64,000 bases of DNA, from NCBI GenBank assembly GCA_964016885.1, contig OZ024750.1, positions 51,770,001 to 51,834,000 on the forward strand. Reading direction: 5' to 3'. Under the pieces are notes generated by a model. The model was not told where the DNA came from and did no database searches. It saw only the letters and a list, made by a program, of their open reading frames with translations. Origin of the DNA: Eledone cirrhosa (taxonomy: Eukaryota). Below, piece after piece: positions 1 through 13,048 of this stretch (position 1 is the first letter of the stretch; the number at the start of each line of letters is the position of its first letter). Both the position numbers and the translations under genes were made by a program.

Positions 1-64
1 ATGATATGTTGATTTAAAACTGCACTATCCACAAGTGTTTTTTAACCTTCATATCATGTCCTCC

Positions 65-135
65 TATTTTATCTGATGAAAACACAAATGTTATTGCATG
101 ATGATATTTGTTTTTGAAATGCGCATAATAAAATA
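65..135 (+). ncRNA. Minimal type I hammerhead ribozyme motif (family H1)
   Basis: tattttat-CTGATGA(73-79)-stem II aaacacaaat/atttgttttt-GAAA(116-119)-TGCGCA-TA|ataaaata; stem I 8 bp; palindromic stem/loop III. Confidence 0.8.
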
Positions 136-165
136 CATGGAACTCTTTTAACCATCTTTTGATCT

Positions 166-250
<85 letters not shown>

Positions 251-322
251 TACCGCTGGAGCCACTTTTTTAACATAAAAACAGGTAGAATTCCCAAAAC
301 TAATCAGATCAGAGCAAACATC

Positions 323-489
323 ACGGACGCTCTATCTCAAAATTATTTTTGAAAAGCATTAGAAATGCGCAACCGGTAAAACTTAAAACCAAAACTGAAT
401 ACTAACCAATACTATTACTAATTCTCACTTATTCCTAATTAAAATATTTTTCACTGTGAACAATTTGTCAGCATTTTCTTTTCCGTTTA

Positions 490-495
<6 letters not shown>
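323..495 (+). repeat. Dispersed ~180-200-bp element end (copies at 6386-6590 minus and 60110-60318 plus)
   Basis: Shared ctctatctcaaaattatttttgaaaagcat..caatttgtcagca; probable DNA-transposon terminus. Confidence 0.7.
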
Positions 496-585
<90 letters not shown>

Positions 586-1656
586 TATGTATACGTAAGT
601 AACAGCCGTACTAAAAGTGAAAAATGAAATTTCGTTTCATTTTTTCCGTATATATATATAGCCAAAATTAAATTAAGGGTTGTCATGTCTGAGAGGCATG
701 CGCCATATCCACTGCAGAATAAGCTCAAAGATTCCAATGAATAGATCCGAGCATTTCATATCAACTAGAAATAGATTGACATATATATATATATATATAT
801 AATAAAAATATGGAACAATCACAGAGAATAATTTGTAAATTATGTAACCACACATAGCTAGGTAGGTAACCAATTAAAGTTTAACTAGAACTTTAAATAT
901 AGATACCTTTTAAAATGATGAATCTCCTTTGTATATATTTCTTTAAATAAAAAATATATTTCACCAATTAATCAGTAAATCACAGCAGTTAAATCCTGGA
1001 TGGTCACCAAAGGAGAAGATCCAACTATCTACGTTTACAAAGCAAATGCAAATCTGTGAATGACTCGAACAACGTGTTGCATTTTTAAAAAAATACACAC
1101 ATCGCACAGCGTCATCCCAGTGGCGTGAATAGGATTATCGGCAGGTAGAAATAGCAGTCGAGTTCATTCAACTGAGTTAGCTCTACAATTAAGGGGCAAA
1201 CTTCCTCGAGCCTCTGCCCTTCTAAAATCCCGGAGAGCTCAATTTGCTGGCCACTGTCACCGTGCCAGCAATGAAATCATATCCGCTCTCTTGCTCTGGA
1301 ACCCTCACTCCAGCCTGACTAGGAGTAGGAGGCTGTCATTCCCTGACGTTATCTCTAGGGATACGGGAATCAGTAGACAGGACATGGGGGCAGCGATGTG
1401 GGACAGGGAATTCTGGGGCATGAGAGTGAGATCCATCATCTCGACAGTAGTCGACGAATGGTGATGATGAAGGGGCCGTATATATATATCCAAAATTATA
1501 TTAAGGGTTGAAACAGCGATGTATACATGAATGTATGCAGAGTATATTTGGCAACATACCGTCTGTTTAATTAAAAACATTTTGAAGACCTTACGCTATC
1601 ATTTTAAAGTAGTGACTATGTCACTTACTTCTTTTCGGCGGAAGAGGGCAGTACGT

Positions 1657-1698
1657 AGCTCTGATGATTGCCAAACAGCATGAAACAGATTGTCAGCT
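1657..1698 (+). ncRNA. Hammerhead motif at the apex of fold-back 1532-1821 (family H2)
   Basis: agct-CTGATGA(1661-67)-tgc/gca stem II-GAAA(1682-85)-cagattg-TC|agct; flanked by ~115-bp imperfect inverted arms. Confidence 0.7.
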
Positions 1699-1845
1699 TC
1701 TTTCCCTTCTTTCGCCGAAAAGAAGTTAGTGACATAGTCACTACTTTAAAATTATAGCGTATGGCTTTCAAAATGTTTTTAATTAAACATACGGTATATT
1801 ACCAAATATACTATGCACACATACATATATATATACGTATATATC

Positions 1846-1877
<32 letters not shown>

Positions 1878-2117
1878 GAATGTATGCATAGTATATTTGG
1901 CAATATACAGTATGTTTAATTAAACACATTTTGAAGACCTTACGCTTTCATTTTAAAGTAGTGACTATATATCACTTTTTGATGAGTTGTAGTGCACCTG
2001 AGCACTGTACACAATATTTCATTATTATTAATATTATTATTATTATTATAATTATATATATATGTGTGTGTGTGTGTGTAGATCTAGACATAGTGTAGTA
2101 TATACATATAGGAAAAT

Positions 2118-2223
2118 AGTCAGGACCCCGACGGCTGAGCTCCGGCCGTTTCGACAGCTAGATCCGAATTAGATCGGATCTGGCTGTCAAAACGGCCGAA
2201 GCTCAGCCGTCGGGGTCCTGACT
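2118..2223. repeat. Palindrome made of the 3' half of a hammerhead (GAAAC-GGC..GAGCTC..GCC-GTC)
   Basis: agtcaggaccccgacggctgagct...agctcagccgtcggggtcctgact; same half-motif at 13138-13172 and 59587-59620. Confidence 0.6.
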
Positions 2224-2918
2224 CTGTGTTCATATTATCCACTCTACTACCCTAACTATTGAGTACTCTGGTGCGTTATGGTCCATCTGGTTCCTCGCCA
2301 CACTTCTTTCGTTTTATATATATCATAATAATAATAATAAAAGACCCATTTGTTATGTCTTCATTACGTTTACTGAATAGTGACGCGCGTTTCGCTATTG
2401 ATCAGCTCAAGGTTTGATCCCTATCGATCTAGCCCGACTCTGGAATCAAAAGCTCGTCGGATCTCTGCCGCGGTAATGACAGAAAGGACCTGTAGGGCTT
2501 AGAAAGGTCTATAACGATTCCCATTGATTTCTGTGGTCACTTACTGTTGTTTTGATTGGTGGTTTGCCGATGGGGAATGTTTTGGTCTGTGTGACAGGTG
2601 GGGTGGGGATTATAAGGAGGATCTGGTGGTGGGGAGAGATGGTTGGTGTGAGTTGTGGGGGTGTGGTGTTTTGGCTGTTTCATAGGAATTGTGGTGTGTA
2701 TGTGGTGAGGGTGGTGTGTGTGGAGGTGGTTATGGGCTGTAAGTGATGGGAGATGAAAGGGTGTGGTGCTGTAATAAGCGAGGGGGAGGCGGTTCTGTTG
2801 GTCCGAGTTTTGTCAGAGAGGAATAAAAAAAAAAACAATAAATAAAAGTAAATTAAACCTAGGTTAAGGATAAAGCTGTGGTGGGAGTCAACCGTGAGGT
2901 GTGTTTAGTATGTAAACC

Positions 2919-3080
2919 AGGTATGGGCAACCTTTGTCAAGCAGTGGGCCGCATAGGATGTGGCTCATTATAAGGCGGGCCGCACTACTAAAAAATTCAA
3001 GGCAATTTTGAAATTAAGCATGCCATTCAGAAAGCCAAACGGACCGCATGTGGCTTGCGGGCCGCAGTTTGCACATGACT
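2919..3080. mobile_element. hAT-type MITE
   Basis: caggtatgggcaacct...gcgggccgcagtttgcacatgact, degenerate TIRs with internal ggccgca repeats. Confidence 0.55.
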
Positions 3081-3086
3081 AATGTG

Positions 3087-3272
3087 TGGATTGGCAGTAT
3101 AATTAAGGGGTCGGACGCCATGGTTTGCAGCATGGAGTTACGGGCCTTTACGATCTGAGTTCAAATCCTGTCGAGGTTAACTTTGCCTTTCATCCTTACG
3201 GGATCGATAAAATAAAGTACCAGTAATACACTGGGCTGATTGCTGCCCTTGTGACAAACGTAGAAACAATTA
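3087..3272 (+). mobile_element. SINE family A
   Basis: Same head, core and agaaacaatt tail. Confidence 0.85.
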
Positions 3273-4488
3273 TTAAAGGGGTTTGTAGTACTAGAAAAAG
3301 GTGATTAAGGATTGTGGCTGTGTGAAATGGATATAAATAAATAGATGAATAAATAAATGAATTAGTTGCCTCACTAACTATATTGAGCTAACTTATATAC
3401 AGGTACTCAGACATATACAGAGTATACGTAGACACAGACACACACTCACGCGTATATACATACACATATATACATACACATATATACATACACATGTCTG
3501 TAGCAATATATATACACATACTCAGGTATATATGTGCTCATAGGCCAGACACACATACAATCATACACGTCAGCCTACGTGTACCTATAGATATACAGAC
3601 ACAAGTATGTATGTTCCAGTAATATACCTAGAGAAATGTCCTACAGGAATATATGGTGGTAAAGAAATGTAGTTGGATATGTATAAGAAGGGTGAAAATG
3701 ATAATGTGGGGTGGTATGTTTAGTAGGGGGAGACGTTAATAGTAATAGGAACCCACAGTAACTGGACGTCACATTCCCTATATATATAATAAGGGGTGAC
3801 GGACCCAGCATATCTATCAATGCCAGGACCGGTTGTATCTCAGCGTACTCCATGGGCAATGTAAGATACATTCCCAGAGTATACACATAGTTATTTGCTT
3901 CAATACAACACACCTAAAACGGGTGCCTCTAATAGTTCCCGGACTCGAGTTTCGGCCGCACTTAATGCAGCAGTAAGGTGCACTGCACTCTCCGTCTCCA
4001 TATATTATGCAACAATGCACAATCGGCTTATGCGGATTCATCAGCGGGTATCGCCTAATCAATAACCAATCGATCGACAGAATCCAAACCCCAGCCCATG
4101 TCGGTCATGACTGTGACAACCGACACGGTAAAGCGATTAGCAACTGGCACCCGATACAATTCTGTCCTTCGATTAGCCACCGATTTACAAACTTTACGTG
4201 GTGGCGGGAGAATAGAAAACCAATCTTTTCGTTCCCGTCAAAAGGACCCAGCCAACGTGTCTCACACACAAATTATCAAGAAGTGAAAAGATGGTTATTA
4301 GAAATAGCAGTCCACATCGATGTATAATAGAATGGTAGTATTCGGCTCATGTCTCCAAGTCCCATGGCTAGAGGAAAGCGATGGTAACAATGGTAGTGCC
4401 AAGAACCTTTAACGGACTTTAAATGCGATTATCTATTATAGAGCGATATAGTAGCGAGTTGAAATGTGGCAGCCGCGTGCGTAAAAAC

Positions 4489-4579
<91 letters not shown>

Positions 4580-4580
4580 T

Positions 4581-4803
4581 TTAAGGATCGATCGACTTTC
4601 GTCAAATCAGACCGAGGAAACAATGTTTCCGTTGGTCTTTCCAGTTGCTAGTACTATCTATCGGTCGCAACTCCAGGTAGAAGGAGCAACGTGAAATAAA
4701 GTGTCTTGCCCAAGGACATAACGCATCGCCCGGTCCAGGAATCGAACTCACAACCTCAATATTGTGAATCCAATTCTCTAACCACTCAGCTACACGCTTT
4801 CAC
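4581..4803 (-). mobile_element. SINE family B
   Basis: Reverse complement of 56817-57035; related longer copies on minus at ~34030-34420 and ~39545-39720. Confidence 0.85.
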
Positions 4804-4861
4804 ATATATATATATATATATATAGAAAGATTTGAATGGATACAGTTTAGTTGAAAGGAAT

Positions 4862-4978
4862 TTATTGACACGTGTTTCTATAACAGTTACATAACCTAAA
4901 ACAGCTATCTACAAACTTTTAGTTATGCAGACATTCAATATTTCAATGTTATTATTTACTGTCATTTCATCAGAATAA
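4862..4978 (-). ncRNA. Inverted copy of the H3 hammerhead motif
   Basis: Reverse complement of 6024-6140 (tcatcag at 4967-73). Confidence 0.75.
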
Positions 4979-5378
4979 TATTACTGAGGACCTATTTAGT
5001 TTTTATAGAGAATATTAGGAGGGAGGGGTTTTTTTCCCACTACAAGCCGAATATTACATAAAAGAGGGACATCCCCCAACTATATAAACCTTAATCTAGT
5101 TAGAAAAATATAAAAACAATCTCTTCTCAACATATATTAATAACCTTAAATTACCATACTAATAATGAAAAGATATGCTGATGAGAATAGGTACAAATAT
5201 GCGATAATGAATGTGTCTAAAAACGTCCATAAGTATGTATATATATGTGAAAATGTATATAAATAAGTAAATATATATATATGTTTGATGTGTATAGTTA
5301 GATGTAAGTGTATTCATGTATTAAAGTGCTTATATATATATATATATATGTGTGTATGTGTATATGTGTGTGTGTGGG

Positions 5379-5437
<59 letters not shown>

Positions 5438-6023
5438 ATGTATATATGTATATATATATGTGTATGTATGTATGTGTATGTGGATGTGTATGTATGCGTA
5501 TGTGTGTACACATGGACTAGAGTATGTATGTATATATGTGTGTGTCTATACGTGTGTATATATAAAGATAAGTTGAGTATGAAAATGTATACACATGAGC
5601 GCGTATGTATGTACATGAATACATGTGTGTATATATATGTGTATGCATGTGTATATATATGTAAGTATGAATATGTGAATTGTGAGTATATGTATTTTGT
5701 AGAGGTGTGCAAATATATTTGTGTGTGAATGCGTGGGTGAAAGAATACGTACACTTGAAAGAAAAATTTAAGTCTGAATGTTAAGTGCAAACACAAAACC
5801 AACCACGCATATCTTTACTATCTCTAATCCTTCTATAGATTTAGAAAAATAACCAATAATATATTCCATAAAAAATGTCAAAACAACAGATGGGAATCTA
5901 ATTACTCACTGCCACCAAGAATTCTCACTGCTATCGAAAAACCACTCCTTCAACTATTCTTCTAACAACTTCACCCCTCCCTCCTAATATTCTCTATAAA
6001 AACTAAATAGGTCCTCAGTAATA

Positions 6024-6140
6024 TTATTCTGATGAAATGACAGTAAATAATAACATTGAAATATTGAATGTCTGCATAACTAAAAGTTTGTAGATAGCTG
6101 TTTTAGGTTATGTAACTGTTATAGAAACACGTGTCAATAA
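6024..6140 (+). ncRNA. Hammerhead motif with a long stem II insertion (family H3)
   Basis: ttatt-CTGATGA(6029-35)-atgacagt/actgttat-GAAA(6124-27)-CACGTG-TC|aataa; GUC cleavage triplet. Confidence 0.75.
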
Positions 6141-6290
6141 ATTCCTTTCAACTAAACTGTATCCATTCAAATCTTTCTATTTTTCTCCGGATTACTTTTG
6201 GAACTACAACTGGAACCGTCGAGCAAACTCTACGTGAGCTGATAATCTACTGTGTGTAATATTTATATTACAACACAACGGAAAATACTG

Positions 6291-6389
<99 letters not shown>

Positions 6390-6710
6390 GTGACACACGA
6401 GTTGTGATATATTAGTAAAAAGGAAAAGAACATGCTGACAAATTTTTCCCATTGAAAAATAATTTAATTAGGAATAAGTATAAATTAGTAATAAGTATTA
6501 GTTAGTATTCAGTTCTAGTTTTAAGTTTTTACCGGTTGCGCATTTCTTATGCTTTTCAAAAATAATTTAGAGATAGAGCGCTCGTAACGTCCAGTTATCA
6601 TGAGAAGTGTGGCATCATTTGTTTAAGACACACATAGAAACTCAATATTTTACTCAAAGTTCTTGTAACTCTTTTGGGGAAATAGTGGCAGAGTTTTCTA
6701 TCAAAATACT

Positions 6711-7017
6711 TTCTGTAGTGACGCCATAGTCGATGTCTTCTGTTTAAAGGTATATAGAAGGATTGTTAACATTCTGTAGTGGCACCATAGTAGATGTCTT
6801 CTATTTAAAGGTATGTAGAAGGATTGTTGACATTCTGTAGTGGCACCATAGTAGATGGCTTCTATTTAAAGGTATGTAGAAGGATTGTTGACATTCTGTA
6901 GTGGCACCATAGTAGATGGCTTCTATTTAAAGGTATGTAGAAGGATTGTTGACATTCTGTAGTGGCACCATAGTAGATGGCTTCTATTTAAAGGTATGTA
7001 GAAGGATTGTTGACATT
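6711..7017. repeat. 61-bp tandem repeat, 5 copies, within the transposase remnant
   Basis: Unit ttctgtagtggcaccatagtagatg..gttgaca starts at 6711, 6772, 6833 and onward. Confidence 0.9.
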
Positions 7018-7070
7018 TTCTTTACCGATATTATTCAGTTTCAATAACTCTCCTTTGATGACATTACTGA

Positions 7071-7255
7071 GGTGGATTGGCAGTATCGGTAGAGGGTTGG
7101 ACGCCATGCTTTCTAGCATAGTTACATCCCTTTACAGTCTGAGTTCAAATCCCGCCGAGGTTAACTTTGCCTTTCATCCTTACGGGGTCGATAAAATAAA
7201 GTACCAGTAATGTACTGGTTAATTGCTGGCCTTGTGCCTAAAGTAGCAACAATTA
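7071..7255 (+). mobile_element. tRNA-derived SINE family A (Nin/Deu-domain-like core), with TSD
   Basis: A-box-like tggcagtatcgg, B-box gagttcaaatcc, core gcctttcatccttacggggtcgataaaataaagtaccag; TSD attactgag. Confidence 0.85.
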
Positions 7256-9702
7256 CTGAGAATAGCTTTCATTCCGATATTAATGGACTTAATTCATTCT
7301 AGATGCTTCTGCCTAGAACTTCAGATTGAGCTTATCAATGTCCGGAAAAATATAAGCATAAAAACAAAACACATTTTTGTCATGGGGTTTTGTAATTCCT
7401 TTAATATTTTGGAAGCCATCATGAGAATACCTTCTTGCAATGCTGCCATTGGGAAGTATGATAAAAGTGTGCCAAAGTTCTTTGTACAACTTGTTTCAAA
7501 GAAAGTCATTTTGTGCAGTTAATAAAAAGAATTTTGTGAGGACTGATAATTGTAATTTTTTTAAATTCCATTATATTTAGCCGGACACTTTGGACTGTTG
7601 CTCAGGTACGAGAACATAGATCCTGCTAATTGTTCTAAATAGTTTGGTAGTTCATTGCAGGCTTTAGAAGCGCGCAGAGGTAAGGAATTGCAAGCACAAG
7701 GCTGTTAGAATTTATCAGAATTGTTCTACTTCGACATATGTTGATCTCCTCCTTCCCATCATAACACTGGTATTATCACTGGAAAATCTAGTTTTCAAGA
7801 GAGATATCATTTTCAATGGGAAATGATTGTAGGTAATTGTACATGACAAGAGCACAGCTGTCTTTCATTTCCAGAAGTGTCTAAAACTCGTCCACAGTTT
7901 TTATGATTTTCAGTGTAGTAATATTTCACTCCTAGAACAAGTTTCTTGTTGGTAGAAATGTTTGATGCTTCATCTACAATAAAGGAGAACTTTGCTGAAT
8001 TTAGCTTAGATAATAAATTACTGAGGACCCATCACATTTGAAAAAATACAACTTCCTTTAGTTCTTGCGAACTTTGGCTATTTTTTAATCAGAACGCACG
8101 TTTGTAATAGAGCCAACCAAATTATTCAAAATAACAATGGGTAGGTTGTGCTCAGCAATAAATCTACACAGTTTCAGCTCAGCTGATGCTATTTTACTTA
8201 AGTGGGCAGAATATTGAGCAGGTTTTATGAAATCTGTCATCTTCACTGGTTGATTTACAACTTCCGCATTCTTTTGGTATTTTTCTGTCTCTTCATGCCT
8301 TACTATTTGACTTAAGTTACCAACAATCTCACAATTGCACAATTTACAATAGCCTTTACTTGCGTTTTTTTCTTTTACTCAATTCCAACAACGATGAAAT
8401 TTTCTCATCGTTTAATAATTTTGACACTGCATGTCGTGACACAACGGCTTAAACTGAACTGATACGGTTGTCTTCCAAGAATTCATCTTAATCTACTTAC
8501 ATTTAGATGTCCTTGTCAACGGAATCTATTCAAGTAAAACTGGTCGATTGTAAGGAGGGAATAGTGGCTACCAGGATAATAGGGAAGATGGTTGGCTACC
8601 GAGTTGAAATATACACAGAAGAGTTATTGATGTCAAGTGAGATCTGGCGGGAAAATACATTTAATGGATAGCTTTCGAAGAAAAATTCATCATAATCGAT
8701 AAATCATTAAATGGAGATTTTAGAATATCAATTAAGTACAATCTCTAAAAGGTACCAAAAAATCCGGACTTGGTAGCAAACGTAGAGAAAAGTCAAATTT
8801 GGTACGGACGTATCAACTTCGGCATTGCTGGTCATGTGACGGCCAAAAAACGGTGTATATTAGTACGGCGCCCCTACCACTCTACAAGGAGATATGGGTC
8901 CAGGGGAAAGGAAGTATCTTCGGAAAGGTGGATGGGTGCAATCTGTAAAGTATCCATTCCGATGATGTGCGTTCTGAGTTCAAATCCTGCCTGCTCTCAT
9001 TAGAAAAGTGGTGACATCTGCCAGGAATTGCGACAAACAAATATCAACAATAGAAGACCAACGGAATCATACCTTCCTTGGTCTGATCTGAGTTTCGATA
9101 TCTTTCCTTTCTTATTGATTGGTTAAATTATCGGCCCTTGAAATATGAAGTTGACCCTGATGAGATTTGAACCCGAAACATTACTATACATTACTACTGC
9201 ATGTCATCCAGTCCCACCATCTTTCATTTCAACTTCACACAACCAGCTATTTCTTCTTCTTCTTCTTCTTCTTCTTCTTCTTCTTCTTCTTCTGTTGCTG
9301 CTGCCTTTTCTTCTCCATATTTATATACTATTAATGTTGTTGTTGTTGTTGTTGTTGTTAATATCACTCGTCTTCTTCTTCCTAATTAATTAATGATATA
9401 ATGCTAATCAAGTGTGAAAATTAATGACCGTATATTTCCTCGTCAGCTGTTGATGAGAGCTGAGAGGTGAGAAAGAAAACGATATGTTCCTAATTATAAC
9501 AACGAGAGTTACTTTCTAAATGTCATTTCTCATTAAGAAATCTGTTCTTCATTAATTTACTGAGGAAATATCTTTCTAGTAAAGGTTATAGAAAATACCA
9601 ATGACATTTATAGAAATATTTGATGTATAGGCAGATCTTACATCATCACTTTTTGAAATATATTTCACTGTGTGAATCTAACAAATATTATATTTTAAGA
9701 GT

Positions 9703-10090
9703 GGCGGTGGATTGGCAGTATCGGTAGAGGGTCTGACGCCATGCTTTGACGCATAGAGTTATGGCCCTTGCTATTCTGAGTTCAAATCCCGCCGAGGTTA
9801 ACTTTGCCTTTCATCCTTACGGGGTCGATAAAATAAAGTACCAGTAATGTACTGGGTAATTGCTGGCCTTGTGCCAAAAAGTAGAAACAATTATATTTTA
9901 AGAGTGGATTTTCAGAATCTTTAAAACGTCGGACAATTTGTTTCGGCAGTTCTGAGTTCAATCCAGCTGAGATAAAGTTTGCTTTTCCGTGATTGATAAA
10001 GCAAATTACCAGTCAAATACTGGGGACATTATAATTGACTTTATCTTCCCTCACCCCTCACAGAATAGCTGCCCTTTCCCCCTAAATTAC
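9703..10090 (+). mobile_element. Young SINE A (9703-9892) inserted at the head of an older SINE A
   Basis: 18-bp TSD attatattttaagagtgg; diverged SINE continues at 9905-10090. Confidence 0.8.
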
Positions 10091-10383
10091 AAGCCCCGTC
10101 CTTGAAAAATCAAAATGAAAGTATTAGATAATGAAGTATTAGATAATGAAGACGTAATATTGTCGAAGTTAGATCATAGAGTTGCAAAGATGACCACAGA
10201 ATGGAGAATATGCAGAGTCAGGGGCGACGGATTAACAAAAATGCGTCACTGCTCTCTGAGTTCAAATCCCATCGATTTCAGTTTTGCTTTTCATCCTTTC
10301 AAGGTCGATAAATAAAGTATCAACCCAGCACTGGAGTCGATTCTCCCTCTCTCCCTCTCTCCCTCTTTCTCTCTCACCCTCCC

Positions 10384-10428
<45 letters not shown>

Positions 10429-11583
10429 TTCTCTTTCTGAAAGAAAGAAAGAAATTGGCTGTCTTCTGACTCGAACAGGGATGAACTCCGTCAGATTTTT
10501 TTAATACCTAAGATACATCGTGTGTCAAGACGGCACACTTTTTATGACTTAAGAATTAAGGGCCCCATTATATGTTCAAAATTAAAGCTGACTTGATGTC
10601 AAACAAAACATGTTTTCACATGAGCCAACGAAAAAGCATTTACGTTCTCGCTCGACCTGTTACAAATAGCAGTAACATTCCTTTCAAATCACATCCTTCA
10701 AAAACGGACGCGCACTTTGAACAACGTAGTTTTTGTCCATTACACCAGGTTTAGGGTTCAAGCTGACCTGATGAAAGTTTGTTCATATAAAATTATATAG
10801 TTGGGGAAAGTCATGCTATGGACACAACTCCTAATGGAGTCGTAATGGCGCCGTCATGGCGGGACTTGTTCATTTAATCAAGATGAAGCCCATCCCTCTT
10901 CAAGTTTGAACTCACCATTTTCTTTAGAAGGAGAAACGGCGAGTGAAAAAGAAATAGACGAAGAATCGATCCCATGGCTAAACTGTAACTTTATCGATCT
11001 AGAAAATATGATAAGTAAAGTTGACCTCGACAGGATTTGATCTTAGAGAAGAGACAACTGGAACGCACAAGGCATTCTATCCAATCCTTGAGAATTTAAA
11101 CGATTCGAGATATTTTAATATATTTTTTATAGGAATTTGTCAGCCCGAGTTATGCTTAGCACTTAGAGTAGCCGAGTGCTGGGGTCGCCATTGATATTGT
11201 GTGTGTATGTATATAAGTGAGAGTGTGTGCGTGTGGGATGGTATGTATATATGTGAGAGTGTGTGCGTGTGGGGTGGTATGTGTGTCTGTATCTGTGAAT
11301 GTACGTGTGTGTGTGTGTGTTTGTGTCTATATCTGTGAGTGTATGTGTGCGTGTGTGTTTGTGCCTGTATCTGTGAGTGTGTGTGTGTGAGAGAGAGTGT
11401 GTGTGTGTGTTTGTGTCTGTATCTGTGAGTGTGTGTGTGTGTGTTTGTTTGTATCTGTATCTGTGAGTGTGTATGTGTGTATTTGTGCCTGTATCTGTGA
11501 GTGTGTGTGTGTGTGTGTGAGTGGGTGTGTGTTTGTGCCTGTATCGGTGAGTGTGTATGCGTGTATTTGTGCCTGTATCTGTG

Positions 11584-11645
<62 letters not shown>

Positions 11646-11653
11646 TGTGTGTG

Positions 11654-11719
<66 letters not shown>

Positions 11720-11786
11720 TATGTGTGTGTGACAGATAAAAACCGTACAATAAAGACGGATATAATTAGAAAATGAAAGAAAGAGA

Positions 11787-12608
11787 TGCAGACGATGCAA
11801 CAGAGTCACCACTCAGCAGACGATGCAACAGAGTCACCACTCAGCAGACGATGCAACAGAGTCACCACTCAGCAGACGATGCAACAGAGTCACCACTCAG
11901 CAGACGATGCAACAGAGTCACCACTCAGCAGACGATGCAACTGAGTCACCACTCAGCAGACGATTCAACAGAGTCACCACTCAGCAGACGATGCAACAGA
12001 GTCACCACTCAGCAGACGATGCAACTGAGTCACCACTCAGCAGACGATGCAACAGAGTCACCACTCAGCAGACGATGCAACAGAGTCACCACTCAGCAGA
12101 CGATGCAACAGAGTCACCACTCAGCAGACGATGCAACTGAGTCACCACTCAGCAGACGATGCAACAGAGTCACCACTCAGCAGACGATGCAACAGAGTCA
12201 CCACTCAGCAGACGATGCAACAGTGTCACCACTCAGCAGACGATGCAACTGAGTCACCACTCAGCAGACGATGCAACAGAGTCACCACTCAGCAGACGAT
12301 GCAACAGAGTCACCACTCAGCAGACGATGCAACAGAGTCACCACTCAGCAGACGATGCAACAGTGTCACCACTCAGCAGACGATGCAACTGAGTCACCAC
12401 TCAGCAGACGATGCAACAGAGTCACCACTCAGCAGACGATGCAACTGAGTCACCACTCAGCAGACGATGCAACAGTGTCACCACTCAGCAGACGATGCAA
12501 CTGAGTCACCACTCAGCAGACGATGCAACAGAGTCACCACTCAGCAGACGATGCAACAGAGTCACCACTCAGCAGACGATGCAACTGTGTCACCACTCAG
12601 CAGACGAT
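11787..12608. repeat. 28-bp minisatellite, ~29 copies
   Basis: Unit gcagacgatgcaacagagtcaccactca. Confidence 0.95.
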
Positions 12609-12778
12609 ATCATCGGTTGTCTGTAAAATTAGTCCATTTTCTTTCTTTCTGTGGTTTTACTCTAATGTAATTACTGTCTATTGTGAGGCTCCTTATGGAA
12701 ACCTTCACTGATTTCTAACTAAAGATGGCAAAAAGAAAGAAATTAATGGAACACGTGCATAATAAACACAGACATTTC

Positions 12779-12842
<64 letters not shown>

Positions 12843-13007
12843 TATTCACACGTAAAAACACATACAATCACACACATACACATAGGCATACATTTATATG
12901 TGTATGTTTATAATATACCTGCGTTTATGTGTGCATGTGCATATTTGTGAGTGCGTATGTATGTATATTTATATATATATGTGTGTGTGTGTACATGTAT
13001 GTATGTT

Positions 13008-13046
<39 letters not shown>

Positions 13047-13048
<2 letters not shown>

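Larger units (their letters stand above)
4822..6290 (+). mobile_element. Penelope-like element remnant with ~205-bp inverted arms (4822-5028 / 5974-6180) plus 3' tail, inserted in (TA)n
   Basis: Arms appear to be exact reverse complements, each carrying a hammerhead; (TA)n on both sides. Confidence 0.65.
6610..8420 (-). pseudogene. Decayed hAT-superfamily transposase
   Basis: Fragments: GYCKLCNCEI..RH zinc finger, AELKLCRFIAEHNLP, FSFIVDEASNIS (catalytic DE), FSSDNTSVMMG; stops, frameshifts and a SINE insertion. Confidence 0.75.

Noticed and set aside
9153-9190. CTGATGA...GAAA hammerhead-like match
   Set aside because: No stem I or III; it is a decayed minus-strand SINE A segment (aagttaacctcggcgggatttgaactcagaac)
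10766-10790. Isolated CTGATGA
   Set aside because: No downstream GAAA/stem III arrangement
11787-12608. 28-bp repeat resembling a CRISPR array or repeat protein
   Set aside because: No unique spacers, no cas genes, eukaryotic context; unit length is not a multiple of 3
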